Positions 11,855 to 25,969 of a DNA stretch of 64,000 bases are shown here, one piece after another. The stretch spans positions 62,001 to 126,000 of the forward strand of contig NW_021826031.1 of assembly GCF_006345805.1 (NCBI RefSeq). Direction: 5' to 3'. The number at the start of each line of letters is the position of its first letter. Position 1 is the stretch's first letter. The notes under the pieces were generated by a model. The model had not been told where the DNA came from. It worked only from the letters and a program-made list of their open reading frames with translations, and ran no database searches. This stretch comes from Octopus sinensis. Lineage: Eukaryota. A program made the position numbers and the translations under genes.

Positions 11855-12969
11855 CAGAAAAGCGATTGTTTAAAAATTAAATTTATTCGGATTTTACAAA
11901 AAGGGCTTTAATTGGATATTATTTTCCCGGGAAAATAATTAAAGGGATATCGAGAATGGAAAAAATTTCGAGATTGACTGTAAAATTTTGCACAAAAAAA
12001 TTTCAAAGAACGGCATCACAATACGAAAAATTGGACCGAGTCGTCCCTCTGAAATGACCATCAATGTACACTCGTGAAATAAACCATCAATGTATGTTAT
12101 GTCTTTCTGAAATTGCCAAAACCAAATGTATTGTTGACGGATCTCCTAAAACAATTGGTTGGATACTGAATGCATTTGGGTCACAAAATTAATTTCTTTT
12201 GACGTCAAAAATATTAAATCCAGATGGTTAATTTCGAAAAAAAATTTTAACGTCTTCTATGAGAAATGAAAGAATGTCATTTTTTGGACAAATCATGTTT
12301 TGAAGTATATAATAGTAAAATACAAAAAATTGTTTACTGTAAAAAGTAAGATATTGTCCTTAATGTTAAGTGGAGTAGATGAATGTTAATGCTTTGGAAT
12401 TTTTCTCATATAAAGGCAGCGGAAAATAGTCTCCTTTAATTCGAACCCACGACGGCCGCAATCCAACATCGAGCAAACTTTTCAATCATAGATGCTGGAA
12501 TAGAAGAGAATGAAGAAAGCTGATGAGGAAACTTGACCTAGTTTTGCAAATGACATCGCAAAGTCCTAATAATATACTTAAATCAGATAACAAGTTATCT
12601 TGACCGCATATTTAAAATTTTTTATTATATCGTATCCAGAAGACTCCAAAAGTAAAACAAAAAGTGCTTGTTTCATTAGTCTGCAATTTGTATCATTTTT
12701 TCAAAGTGAATATTTTCACCTTAAAATTTTTAAAGATGTTTAAGGGAAATTGTTTAAAATAAACTTTAGAAAACTTGATTTTACACACCTACATAAAAAA
12801 TTGATGATTAAAATGTCTCAAAAATTTCGATGCAATGTTCATCGCCTTAAAAAGATGCAAAACGATAGAATAAATTTTATTAAATTAATTAAATCCATAA
12901 TCATAAAGAGACAATAAGACATTAAAAGCTATAAATTAAATTATAAAAATAATACGTCTTTGAATGTGT

Positions 12970-15900
12970 CTAACTAGAAAATGAAGCTTCCACTGTCGAA
13001 CTTGATGATCCGTCTGTTATCGTAGTAGACAAATTATCAGTAGATGTCGAACATCGAGAAGACCGCGATTCCACGATGCTAGCTCCCTCTTTTAATTTAA
13101 AATCATTTTCAATAGATTGGTCAATTATTGTGGATTGAATTGTAGTATCTGAGTACGAGCACTCAGGATCTTCCTTAGCGAATAAATCGGAAACATATGA
13201 TTCTTAGTAACTAAACCAATTCTAATGAATTTACGATAAGTCGATATGTTTTTTCGATTAATTTCTAATAATTCGTATCTGAATTCGACCAAATTTTCCA
13301 TTTCATTATCATTTTTTTGACAAAATTTTTTGTCGTAAGTAACTGAACTCTGAAAAATATCCTAGAGATAACAGAATCTAATGAATCGACCTGAGGTTTA
13401 ACATTTGAAGATATAGAGGATGTATCCTAAAATTGAAATTTCTTTACAAACCTGTGAAGTATCCAAAACCAATTTAATATCCGGTCCTGTGGAAATAATT
13501 AGCCTAAAAACAACCACAACTTATATTTTCAGACGAAATCGAAATAACTTCATATTCTGGCGAATAAACAGTGGAATATAGAGATTCATCATTTATCTTT
13601 GATTTCTAAAAAAATTAAAAAAACTTCAAACATCGACTGAATCAATAATTATTTTGATATCAGGTTCTATTAAAAAATTCAATACTAAAATATACCGCAA
13701 GGAATCATCTCAGAAGATGTAACAAAAACTTGGGAATCATATGGCATTCGATGTTTCTAAAACAACTCATAAAAGCGTTTAAACTTCTAAAGAATCAAAA
13801 ATCACATTGACATCACGTTCTATTGAAATATCAAATAGTGATGTTTACCGTTTCTTATTATCTCACTAGGTTTAAAAGTTTGTTTGCATGTCGATGAATC
13901 TTGAATCGTCCGAGAGTCCTAATCAAATCAGAAAAAATATTTAAACATCGAAAGAATCAAAAATCACTTTGACATCACGTTCTATGGAAATATCAAATAG
14001 TGATGTTTACCGTTTCTTCTTATCTCACTAGGTTTAAATATTTTTTTGCATGTGGATGAATCTTCAATCGTCCGAGAGTCCTAATCAAATCAGAAAAATA
14101 TTTAAACATCGAAAGAATCAAAAATCACTTTGACATCACGTTCTATTGAAATATTAAATAGTGATGTTTACCGTTTCTTCTTATCTCACTAGGTTTAAAT
14201 GTTTGCTTGCGTGTTGATAAATCTTCAATCGTCCGAGAGTCCTAAATAAATTATAACACACGTTTTTATACATAGAAAGAATCAAAAATCACTTTGACAT
14301 CAGGTTCTATTAAAATATCAAAAATTGATCCTTACCGTTCCTTTTTATCTCACTAGGTTTAAAAGTTTGTTTGCGTGTTGATAAATCTTCAATCGTCCGA
14401 GAGTCCTAAATAAATTATAACACACGTTTTTATACATCGAAAGAATCAAAAATCACTTTGACATCAGGTTCTATTGAAATATCAAATATTAATCCTCACC
14501 GTTCCTTTTTATCTCGCTAGGTTTAAAAGTTTGTTTGCGTGTTGATAAATCTTCGATAGTCCGAGAGTCCTAAATAAATTATTAAACACATTTTTTACAT
14601 CGAAAGAATCAAAAATCACTTTGACATCAGGTTCTATTGAAATATCAAATATTAATCCTCACCGTTCCTTTTTATCTCACTAGGTTTAAAAGTTTGTTTG
14701 CGTGTTGATAAATCTTCGATAGTCCGAGAGTCCTAAATAAATTATTAAACACATTTTTTACATCGAAAGAATCAAAAATCACTTTGACATCAGGTTCTAT
14801 TGAAATATCAAATATTAATCCTCACCGTTCCTTTTTATCTCACTAGGTTTAAAAGTTTGTTTGCATGTTGATAAATCTTCGATAGTCCGAGAGTCCTAAA
14901 TAAATTATAAAGCACATTTTTTACATCGAAAGAATCAAAAATCACTTTGACATCAGGTTCTATTGAAATATCAAATATTAATCCTCACCGTTCCTTTTTA
15001 TCACACTAGGTTTAAAAGTTTGTTTGCGTGTTGATAAATCTTCGATAGTCCGAGAGTCCTAAATAAATTATAAAACACATTTTTTACATCGAAAGAATCA
15101 AAAATCACTTTGACATCAGGTTCTATTGAAATATCAAATATTAATCCTCACCGTTCCTTTTTATCTCACTAGGTTTAAAAGTTTGTTTGCGTGTTGATAA
15201 ATCTTCGATAGTCCGAGAGTCCTAAATAAATTATAAAGCACATTTTTTACATCGAAAGAATCAAAAATCACTTTGACATCAGGTTCTATTGAAATATCAA
15301 ATATTAATCCTCACCGTTCCTTTTTATCACACTAGGTTTAAAAGTTTGTTTGCGTGTTGATAAATCTTCGATAGTCCGAGAGTCCTAAATAAATTATAAC
15401 ACACGTTTTTATACATCGAAAGAATCAAAAATCACTTTGACATCAGGTTCTATTGAAATATCAAATATTAATCCTCACCGTTCCTTTTTATCTCATTAGG
15501 TTTAAAAGTTTGTTTGCATGTTGATAAATCTTCGATAGTCCGAGAGTCCTAAATAAATTATAAAACACATTTTTTACATGGAAAGAATCAAAAATCACTT
15601 TGACATCAGGTTCTATTGAAATATCAAATATTAGTCCTCACCGTTCCTTTTTATCTCACTAGGTTTAAAAGTTTGTTTGCATGTTGATAAATCTTCGATA
15701 GTCCGAGAGTCCTAAATAAATTATAAAACACATTTTTTACATCGAAAGAATCAAAAATCACTTTGACATCAGGTTCTATTGAAATATCAAATATTAATCC
15801 TCACCGTTCCTTTTTATCTCATTAGGTTTAAAAGTTTGTTTGCGTGTTGATAAATCTTCGATAGTCCGAGAGTCCTAAATAAATTATAAAGCACTTTTTA

Positions 15901-18900
15901 CATCGAAAGAATCAAAAATCATTTGACATCAGGTTCTATGAAATATCAAAATTAATCCTCACCGTTCCTTTTTATCACACTAGGTTTAAAAGTTTGTTTG
16001 CGTGTTGATAATCTTCGATAGTCCGAGAGTCCTGAATAAATTATAACACACGTTTTTATACATCGAAAGAATCAAAAATCACTTTGACATCAGGTTCTAT
16101 TGAAATATCAAATATTAATCCTCACCGTTCCTTTTTATCTCACTAGGTTTAAAAGTTTGTTTGCATGTTGATAAATCTTCGATAGTCCGAGAGTCCTAAA
16201 TAAATTATAAAGCACATTTTTTACATCGAAAGAATCAAAAATCACTTTGAGATAGGTTCTATTGAAATATCAAATATTAATCCTCACCGTTCCTTTTTAT
16301 CACACTAGGTTTAAAAGTTTGTTTGCGTGTTGATAAATCTTCGATAGTCCGAGAGTCCTAAATAAATTATAACACACGTTTTTATACATCGAAAGAATCA
16401 AAAATCACTTTGACATCAGGTTCTATTGAAATATAATATAATCCTCACCGTTCCTTTTTATCTCATTAGGTTTAAAAGTTTGTTTGCATGTTGATAAATC
16501 TTCGATAGTCCGAGAGTCCTAAATAAATTATAAAACACATTTTTTACATGGAAAGAATCAAAAATCACTTTGACATCAGGTTCTATTGAAATATCAAATA
16601 TTAGTCCTCACCGTTCCTTTTTATCTCACTAGGTTTAAAAGTTTGTTTGCATGTTGATAAATCTTCGATAGTCCGAGAGTCCTAAATAAATTATAAAACA
16701 CATTTTTTACATCGAAAGAATCAAAAATCACTTTGACATCAGGTTCTATTGAAATATCAAATATTAATCCTCACCGTTCCTTTTTATCTCATTAGGTTTA
16801 AAAGTTTGTTTGCGTGTTGATAAATCTTCGATAGTCCGAGAGTCCTAAATAAATTATAAAACACATTTTTTACATCGAGAGAATCCAAAATCACTTTCAC
16901 ATCAGGTTCTATTGAAATATTAAATAATAATACTTACCGTTTGTTCTTCTCTCACTAAGTTTAAAATTTTTTTTGCATGTCGATGAATCCCCAATCGACC
17001 GAGAGTCCTAATCAAATTAAAAAAACTTTTTTTACATCGAGAGAATCAAAAATCACTTTGATATCTGTTTCTATAAATACGCCTAAAATAATACTCACCA
17101 TAGCATTTTGCCTCAGAAGGTGTGTTGATTACTTTAAAAGTGCCTGGTTCATCAGTTGTATTCCATTTCTATAATATAAATGATTTTTTTAACCTCAACT
17201 GACTTTCCTGATTTAATAGAGTCCTATGAAAATTATTTCAATACACTAAAACATGTTTTTCCCTTCCTTGTAAAAACTGTTTAGATTGCTCTAATATTTT
17301 ATCTGTAATTGAGATATCCTTTACGTTCATAAATCACCAAAAACCGTATTTCTCTTAACGACAGGTTCTAGTCCTAGCATTTTCTTCAGTCTATGAATTT
17401 CTTGTTTCTAAAACTTTTAAGATCTTATTAAACCAACCAGTTCTTCACATTTTGTAACATAGAAACTGATTTTTTTTCAAACCTATTTTCACTTTCAAGT
17501 CTATCACTAAACAATTTTTCATAATCAATTTTGAGTTGAGAATAGTCTTTTAACTAATTTTTAATATATCAAATCAAACAATAAAATCCAATTCGTTACA
17601 TTTCATGATTTGTTTGTTTGATAAGTCTTTGTATTCTTTATTCATATCACTCAATTGAATTTTAAGATCTTCGACCTCCTTTTGTAAAATTGACAAACGT
17701 TCCTATAAATTTTAGAAATTTAAAAACATCATCGTTGTCTAATATTATTTTCACATCCTCATTAAGCAGTAAACTTTGAAGATTTGATTTTGGTATGTTC
17801 ATTTTGATTTCTTTACGAATATTAACAAGTTGCGTCTCCAGATCATCTCTTGAATAAACTAATTTTGCATTTTCTTGGTCTAGAATATCGCTTTCGATGC
17901 GCAAACTCTGAAATATTCAGAATTAAATATCAAACGGTCATTTCCTCGCTCTTTCGAGCCAATTCAGATGTTACATTAAACAATTTTTCTTTGATTTTAC
18001 TGGTTTCATTTAATAAAGACTGTAACTTAGTGTTACTATCTTCTGATTTGTTTTTAAACGTCTAAATCTTAGATTTATCGGTTCACATCAATTAAGTTAT
18101 CTTTTTCTTGAATTTCGGACAAATATTGTTTCAGCTTTGTATTAAGATCTTCTTCAGAGTATTTGAGATTAGGGTTCTTTCGAATATTGAATCAAAAAAC
18201 CTGAGTATTAGGATCGCTCTCATGTTCCGAAATTTTACAGATAAGGTTGGATACTTCTATTTTCAGATTCTACAATGACATGTACAATATTTGTTTACCC
18301 TAACTTCTTTGTTTTTATCATTAAGTTCATTATCTTGCTCTTCCAGCGTTTTTTCCAACAAAGAGTTTGCGTCTTTCATCATAGAAATATCCATGCATAT
18401 TCTATCAAAATTTTTACGTAAATCCTTTAAATTAATCATAATTGTAAACTTTTATTTTTTTATTCTTATTTTTCAATTTCATTTCATAGTTTTCAATCAT
18501 TTTCACTGACGACAAATTGAACTCTTTGAGAGTTTCAATTTGATTCTTTATATTTTCAAGCTCACATCGCAGTATCTATTCACATTAAAATTGAAAAACT
18601 AGAACTTGGGTTTCATTTTTGTATCCATCTAAAAGCTTTATTTGCGAGTATTCCTTTTCTTTCAATTTTTTGCATTCTTGATTACAGTTGTTTAACATTT
18701 CTTGTATTTTCTATCATTTGAAAAAGTTTATTAACGTCGATTTCTGAGGATCTCTCTTCTAACTTTATCTCTGTTTCATTTAATCTCGCTATCAGTTGAT
18801 CGTTTAATTCTTTGAGGCCATCTTTTTCAAAGTTTATCGTTTTATCTTTAGAATCTTCAGTTTTATTCTGCTTAGATTAGTTTCTTGCAAATATGCTTAC

Positions 18901-21900
18901 TTCATCAATCATTTCTGTTGTATCAAATATAATTTTGACATCCTTTACAAAACTTGTGTTCAGTTTATTCATTTCTACTCGAACATTCGCGAGATCGTCT
19001 TCTAGTCGATTGTTAAAATATACAAGCTGTTCTTTTTCCCTCAGCAATGAATCTTCTTTCGTCAAAATAGTCTAAAATGCAGTAAAGAATATATCCAACA
19101 ATAATATTTTGGTCCTTTTCGGACAATTCGTCATTAAGTTTTATCAAATCTTCTTTTAGCTGAGAATTTGAAATTACGAGTGACTGAATGTTGTTATTAG
19201 AATCTTCTAATTCATTTTTCGACAACTAAATTTAACTATGGTTATATAAATACTATTATCAACTCATCTTTTTTCGTAATGGAATTAGAAAGTTCAGAAA
19301 TTTCCATTTTTAAATTCTAAAATAAAATTTGGTTATTAGAAACCTCATTTTCCATTTCTTTCAATTGGAAATTTTGCATTATTTTCTTTAATTCGTCATT
19401 AATTTCAAGATAATTTTGTTTATAGTCTTTCAAAGCATCAACCATGGCAGTTAATTCCTATTTTTGATAGAGGTTTATTAGTAAACTAGGATCTGTTGAT
19501 TTTTATCACTTAGGTCATTTTCTCGTTCTCCTAAAGTTTTATCCAGAACTGATTTGGACTCTTTAACAGCTGTGATGTCCAAACAAATACTGTCAAAACT
19601 GCTGCGTAAATCCTAAAATTGATATAATTTTTTGACTATTAATTTTTTATTTGAGTTTTCCAATTCCATTTCATATTTTTCTATTATGTCAACAGACGGT
19701 CTTTCTTGAAAATTACATAGCTCCGTTCTCAATTCTTCCAACTCATTTCTTAATGTCTATCATGAATAAATAATAAATTAAAAACCTGGTTTACTTTTCT
19801 CTCTTCTGACAACTCCTCATTCGTTTCTAAATTTTGAGAGATTCCATTTTTGATTTCCTGATTTAATTCTTCGTTTTGAATTTTGTAATTCTGTAATATA
19901 TTCATTAAATTCTAAAAATTTAAGAGACATTGACAAAAAACATCATTTTCTTCACTTTTGTTTTTCAGTCCTATCTCAATATTTCGTAATTGTAATTGGA
20001 GCTGTTCGTTCACTTCTGAAAGTTTTTCTATCTCAGCTTCGTACATTTTCGTTTCATCCTCGAATTTCTAAAACTGTTGACAAACTTAACTTTAATTTTA
20101 TGATTTTCATTTTTGAGTGACGTATTTAACTCGTCGATCTCTTTTTGCAGTTTTATCTGCTCTTCCATCAAAACGTTGATCTGAGACGTGTATTCATTTT
20201 CTTTTTTTTCTAAGATTTGGTTCAAAGACTTCAATTCTTTCAATTCTTTGAGTAGCTCTGCAAATTCATTTTTTAGTTCCTGTAAAATAAGAAGTGAAAC
20301 TAACTTTTGTTTCTTCTCTTTCAAGATACAACTTATTCTCTAATAAGGAAAAGTCCTCGAGGATGAATTCTTCATCTTTCTGTGCGTGCATTTTAAATAA
20401 ATTAAAATCATTTTCCAAGGCCTGATTAAAAAAATTATATGTAAACTTTGATTATTTCTTCTTTTTCCCCTATTTCTCTGGACATTTTTTCCTGCAAATT
20501 TGTCTGGTATATTTTTTCAGCTTCAATCGTTTTCAAATTCTCAATTAGTTCCTTACACACTCAAACTCATTATATACCTCATTCAGCTTTTCCTTGATAT
20601 CTAAATCAATTCCGTATTTCGATAACTTATTTTCCGACTCTGTATGCAACCCTCTCAGTTCAAACAACTCATCCCGAGTTGACGCAAGTTCTCTTTCAAT
20701 TTCCTGAATTTTTTATCATTTGTTTATACTCTATTAGTTTCTTCCAAAACGTTTATTTCAGACTTGAGAGTTTCAATGTCTTTAAGCAAAATTGTTTTCA
20801 TGTTATTCGTGTTCTCGATGTACAAAACGCGTTCATTTTCCAAATTCTATTAAAATTATTTTCATTAATAACCATAATTTCTTCATTTTTAACATTCAAT
20901 TCACTTTCAATCTTCTTTAGTGTCTTTTTTAATTCCTTTTTCATTTTTTTATTATTTTCTAAGTCAGATTGAATATTCATCATTTCCTATATATAAAATT
21001 GAGTTTTGTTAACATCAATTCGATCGTCTTTGTCTTTTAGAAGATTATCGGAATTTCTCATTTTCTCTTGCAAATCGTTATAATTAACATTTAGATTTTC
21101 ATAGTCATTCACGATAGTTCTATAACAATTCTCTAATTCCTAGATAATAAACTAAAATAATGATTCCAACGCTATATTCTTTTTCTTTTTTATCCGCACT
21201 ATCTTTGATGTCCTGTAACTTTTCATTTAAATAATTTTCAGATTCTTTATAATTTTGAGTGATCAGTTTTATTCGATTTTCCAGATTCTAAAATATAGAT
21301 TATTAATCAACAGTAACTTGAATTAGATCGTCCTTCGTTTCCAAATTCTGATTCAATTTGGAAATTATCTGTTCTAATTCGTATTGAATCTCTTCAAAAT
21401 TTTTCATTGAGGGAGCATTTGACATTTCCTAATATAATTTTATCAAGGTGATGACAATAATTTTGACGTCTTTTTCTTTTATTTGTTGTTTGTAATAAGA
21501 TGGAGACATTCTGAGAGAATCACAGATCTCTTCAGATTCCTGAAGTTTTTGACTCAAAATTTGTAAATTTCCTTCAAGTTCCTGTTTTAATAGTTCATAA
21601 GGTTAATTTTTAACTTTCATGTGCTCATCTTTTGACGCCAATTCGTCATTGACAACCGCGAGTTTATGAGCATCTTCCACAACTGTCCTTTGAGAAAGGG
21701 ATAATTCATTTTTTAGCCTCTATATAGTCAAGTTTAATCTTCAGACCTCGATATCTTTATCTTTTTCTTGTAATTCATATGAATTATTTTGCTTTAGTTT
21801 TTCTATAGATTCGCGTAGGTCCAAAAGTTTTTTATTATCCTTACAAATTAAATAAATATTGATTACATTATCCTCATCACTGATGATAGAGGAGACTTTA

Positions 21901-24818
21901 GACTGACTGGTGTCTTCTTCACTTGAACTGTCAGTATACAAAAGATGTATTTTTATATCTTTCTCGTTCTTTGAAATCATGATTATAAGATTTACATTAA
22001 TAATGTAATCATTTTCTTGAGGAGTATATTTCAAATTTTTAGATTCTTCTAACAACTTTTCTAGTTCTTGGACTTTGTTATTAAGAATCTGGTTAGACGA
22101 GTCGTTTTCCGCAATTTTGCTTTTTAGCTTTTCAATTTCAGAATGAAAACTCCTCGAAATATCGTTCTTTTCACTTTCTTTTGTTTCTAATTCATTCAAA
22201 AGAGTGCTTATTCGATTGTTCAAAGAGTTCATTTCCTCTTTTAACCGATCATTTTGAACATCGAAACACCCTATTTTGTAACTTTGAGCATAGACTGCCT
22301 TTATCTGCCAGATTATAGTTGTCATTCTGATAATATTCCCCTTCATCCTCTTCTATCGTCGTCATTCGTAACTAAATATTATGTCGGCGCCACGCAAACG
22401 GTTGAATATTCCAAACTTGTTTCATTCGGATCAAGTTGAGTGGCCATAGTCTATTAAATTAAAATTAAATCATTCAATCACCGTTTGTTCGGTGATTTGC
22501 TGATCGGGAGTAAGATCTAGAATGATTTGATCGAGTTTGGAGATTTTCTGTTTATAGTAGCACTCCTTTTGGCATTTTATGCACCAAAGAATATACATTC
22601 TCTCTGTATTCATTGTTTTCAATTAATAGCTCGTTTCTCTTGGCAGTGGATTCGCTTAGTTCTCTGGTAACCCAATCTTTGTCTTCCTTAATTGTAGTGA
22701 ATAAATTTGGGACTTTGATTTCGTCGAAATCGACTTTTATTGCTTCCAGCTGGTCCTCGAGTTCTTCGATTTGCGACTGTAGTTCTTTGTTTTTAATTTC
22801 CGTGTTGGTAAGCAGACTGCATGATTCATTTAATTCTTCCTTCAATCGGAAAATCTCTGTTTCAAATGTCTCATTCTATGAAAATCAATAATTGTTCACT
22901 ATTACTCCATTTTGCCTACACTTCTCCAAATCTACCAGTTGCTCGACAAGTTTTTTATTGTCTTCCTGAATTATGAAATAAATAAATTACTTTTAAATTA
23001 GTGGCTTCGTCTACTGAATCGTTAAATATAGATTTTATTTGTTCAAGTTGCTCTTGGTTACAATTATACAAGTTTTCGAGTTCTTTTATTTTTAACTGAA
23101 GCACATTATTTTCTTTTTCCGCTTCATTAAACAGCAAATTTGTCGCGTTCATGTGCTCTCTTAGTTCACTAAGCTCTGATTCAAACATTTTTGTCTATTT
23201 CAAAAATAAAATTAAGCTAAACCGTCTCCAAAGCACTTTGTTTATCATTCTCAAGTATTCCTTCAAGTGTGATTTTTTCTTTTTCAGAATTATTTAAAAG
23301 TAACTCAGTTTCTCTGATTTTTTCCTTTGCTTCCCTGAGTTCTCGAATGGTGTTTTCTGAGACGGTCTCCAACTTTAAATTCTCATTTTCAAGAAATAAT
23401 ATGTCCATCTTTAAATTGTATTGAATAGTACTACATTTGATTGGACAGATGTTAATTCGTTTTCTAGATTATTATTGAGTAGTGCCAGATTGTCTGCTCT
23501 TGACCGTAACTCAATATTCTCCTGTAAAATGTCGTTTGATTGAGTTTGACAATTTTCTAGGACAGCCTTTTCATCCTACAAATTGTCCTCACGGAATACA
23601 CAACCTCCAGTATGTCAATTCTTTCTTTAAGATAATCGACTTCCTGCTGATATTCTATAATTATCGATTATACAGATTCAAACTTTTAATTTGTTCTTTA
23701 TTTCTGGCTACTTCTGACTATTAAAATATAATATTGCCACATCATGCCTTAAAAGAGTTGACTTCTTCCAAATCTAAGGAAGACTCTCTGGAACTCCTTG
23801 ATAAAGAATCCTTAAGGTTTAAATCAACATTTCGTACATTGAACAATATTTTTATATCTTGTACATCATTTGGCCCTGACTTCATTCCAGTGTCGAATTG
23901 TTGACCTAATAAATGGATGAACTAGAAATTCTCACATTCCTCGTCGCTAAGAACAGATTTTGCTGACAATTTTCTATCTTGCATATGTTTTTGCGTTCTC
24001 AGTTGAAAAATAATGTTTATAAGCTCCTCTCTTGAAAGGTCGTCTAATTGGTGTGGATCATTTGAAGTTGACTCGTGTGCAGTTTCATAGAGGGACAAAA
24101 ATAAATTATAAATAACGATTTTTGAGTTTTGTAAATCCTGTATTGAACTATAATATGTCTAGAAAATTAATAGAAAATTAACAAACCTCGACGGTGTCTT
24201 TCATTATTTTATACTCTCGAATGTGTTGGTTATTACATGTTTCCAATTCCCGTAATTTTTGTTTGATTTTAATATTCTGTGTGTTGAAATGTTTAATTTA
24301 CCTCGATTTTGGTCTCCTGGAGTGTTGTACTTTGATCACTCAATTTAGATTTCAGGACAATCTCTTCTTTTCGGAGTAAATCGTTTTGTGTGCGTAAAAA
24401 AGTAATTTCCTCGTTCTTAATCTTATCAGAAGATTTTTCTGACTGAGACTAGACCAAATAAAAATGACAAAAAACCATTTGCAGGTCTCCAAGTGAGTTA
24501 ATAAAGTTTGTTTGCGCCAACACTATGGCTTTAGCATCTTCTAACTCTCGCCGGGTATTCTGTAGGGTATCGTCAATGTGGTCATTTGCCACACATTTGA
24601 GTTCTAATTCGTCAATCATTAATCTAAGTCGAATTGTCGTTTAATTTTTACTGGAGTTGTGATTTTTCCTGTCGAAGTCTTCGCATTTCTTGTTCCCATT
24701 CTTTATTAGCTGTTTTATAAAGGACACAAGCTTTAGTATAGTCTGAAATGAGATCTTCAAACTGTCCTTTAATGCTCTCAATAAATCCTTCTTTAAAGTA
24801 TTCTGCGCATTCAGTCAT
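12970..24818 (-). CDS. Giant (roughly 3000 aa) many-exon coiled-coil protein with C-terminal 35-aa repeats; orphan, possibly ciliary/rootlet
   Basis: Starts MTECAEYFKEGFIESIKGQFEDL. The E/K/L/N-rich heptad exons I spliced join in frame through 24-37 nt introns (not every junction checked). Ends in a Ser/Thr-rich tail ...VEASFSS* (TAG). Confidence 0.7.
13775..17100 (-). repeat. 163-bp intragenic tandem array, about 21 copies (two exons + two 29-nt introns per unit)
   Basis: Unit splices to DSRTIEDLSTRKQTFKPSEIKRN|EPDVKVIFDSFD| (105 nt coding + 29 + 29 = 163). Period verified, e.g. 14598 to 14761. Confidence 0.9.
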
Positions 24819-24933
24819 TTTTCAGAATTTATTAAAATTTTTCAGATTCTATAACAAGATAAGAACCAAAAAATATAATTTGTGGTTTTAAGTTTCCCTG
24901 AGGGGCAAATCAATTGCTTTAGACTTTTGCAAA

Positions 24934-25021
24934 CTGGCATAGTAACATGGGAATTGGGCTGTTTTATAGAAAGTTGATTTATGTTTCGAGTATAATAAAT
25001 AACCTTCCCTGCCATGGCAAC
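24934..25021 (-). promoter_or_regulatory. Two RFX X-box-like motifs upstream of the giant coiled-coil gene
   Basis: GTTGCCATGGCAG (25009-25021) and GTTACTATGCCAG (24934-24946). Confidence 0.55.
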
Positions 25022-25969
25022 CCTTGCTGCAAATAAGACAGCACGTTGCATGAATATATTTATAAAGTTGATAAATTGAGATAAACAATGCCAATTGGAT
25101 CATAATATAGATGCATTACCTTAAGATGGGTACGTTGAACACTGCCAATTAACGTCGGACTATTTTTTAGTATAGTTACAATTGGATTGACCAGCAAAAA
25201 ATGAAAAAAATATATTATAAATAAAAATAATAATAAATATAATTATAAACAGAAATTTTAACTAATAAAGACTATAAAAGTATACATTTGTTCAATAGAT
25301 TAACTTCCCAGGATTTTCATTTGAATCTAGACAGCTAATGATTGTCTTAATTGTAGTAAATAAGCTGCAAGACATTCTTTAGTTAAGCAAAGAGATGGAA
25401 ACCTGTTCAAGGCAATCAGTAATAAAGGAAAATTAAAATTTACTGATTATGTTTGTATGACAAGTTAACTTATTCATGATCAAGAAAAAGAGCTTAGATC
25501 AAAAAACTGACATTTCTTATTGAAAATGATTATTATTCCGACAATTGGAATACCCAATTAATTAAAGTTAATTCAATTGTTTATAGATTTTTTAGTAAAA
25601 GTGTATTTTAATTATCAATTTTAATCTATTGATAAATGTATTTATCGACACCACTAACTGCGGCTTATGTGACCAAGACTAACCACGCGTATTCCTCATC
25701 TTCATAAAGATTCTTATTTTTCATTTTGATTTATATGCAATGATAAAAATAAACTACCTCAATGTCTAATTTCCATGGAAGTCCGGACAAATGATGCTAT
25801 GGTTCCTAGCAAACTAAAGAGACATTTTACTTGCAAGCATCCTGACTATTGCTGGATTATTTAATCCTTTTGAAAAAACAATAAAAGTATTATTTAGTTT
25901 TTACTATGTATCGTAGATCTAGTCAAATGATGTTCAGGGAAAATTTCAATATCAATAATATTTCCTATT

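Noticed and set aside
11900-12900. Possible minus-strand gene (e.g. KSLLDVGLRPSWVRIKGDYFPLPLY)
   Set aside because: Could not build a consistent spliced frame or recognise a family.
15890-16450. Frameshifted repeat units as evidence of pseudogenisation
   Set aside because: Clustered single-base deletions inside a hard-to-polish repeat look like long-read errors.
13775-17100. CRISPR array or non-coding satellite
   Set aside because: No unique spacers, eukaryotic context, no cas genes; units splice into a continuous frame.
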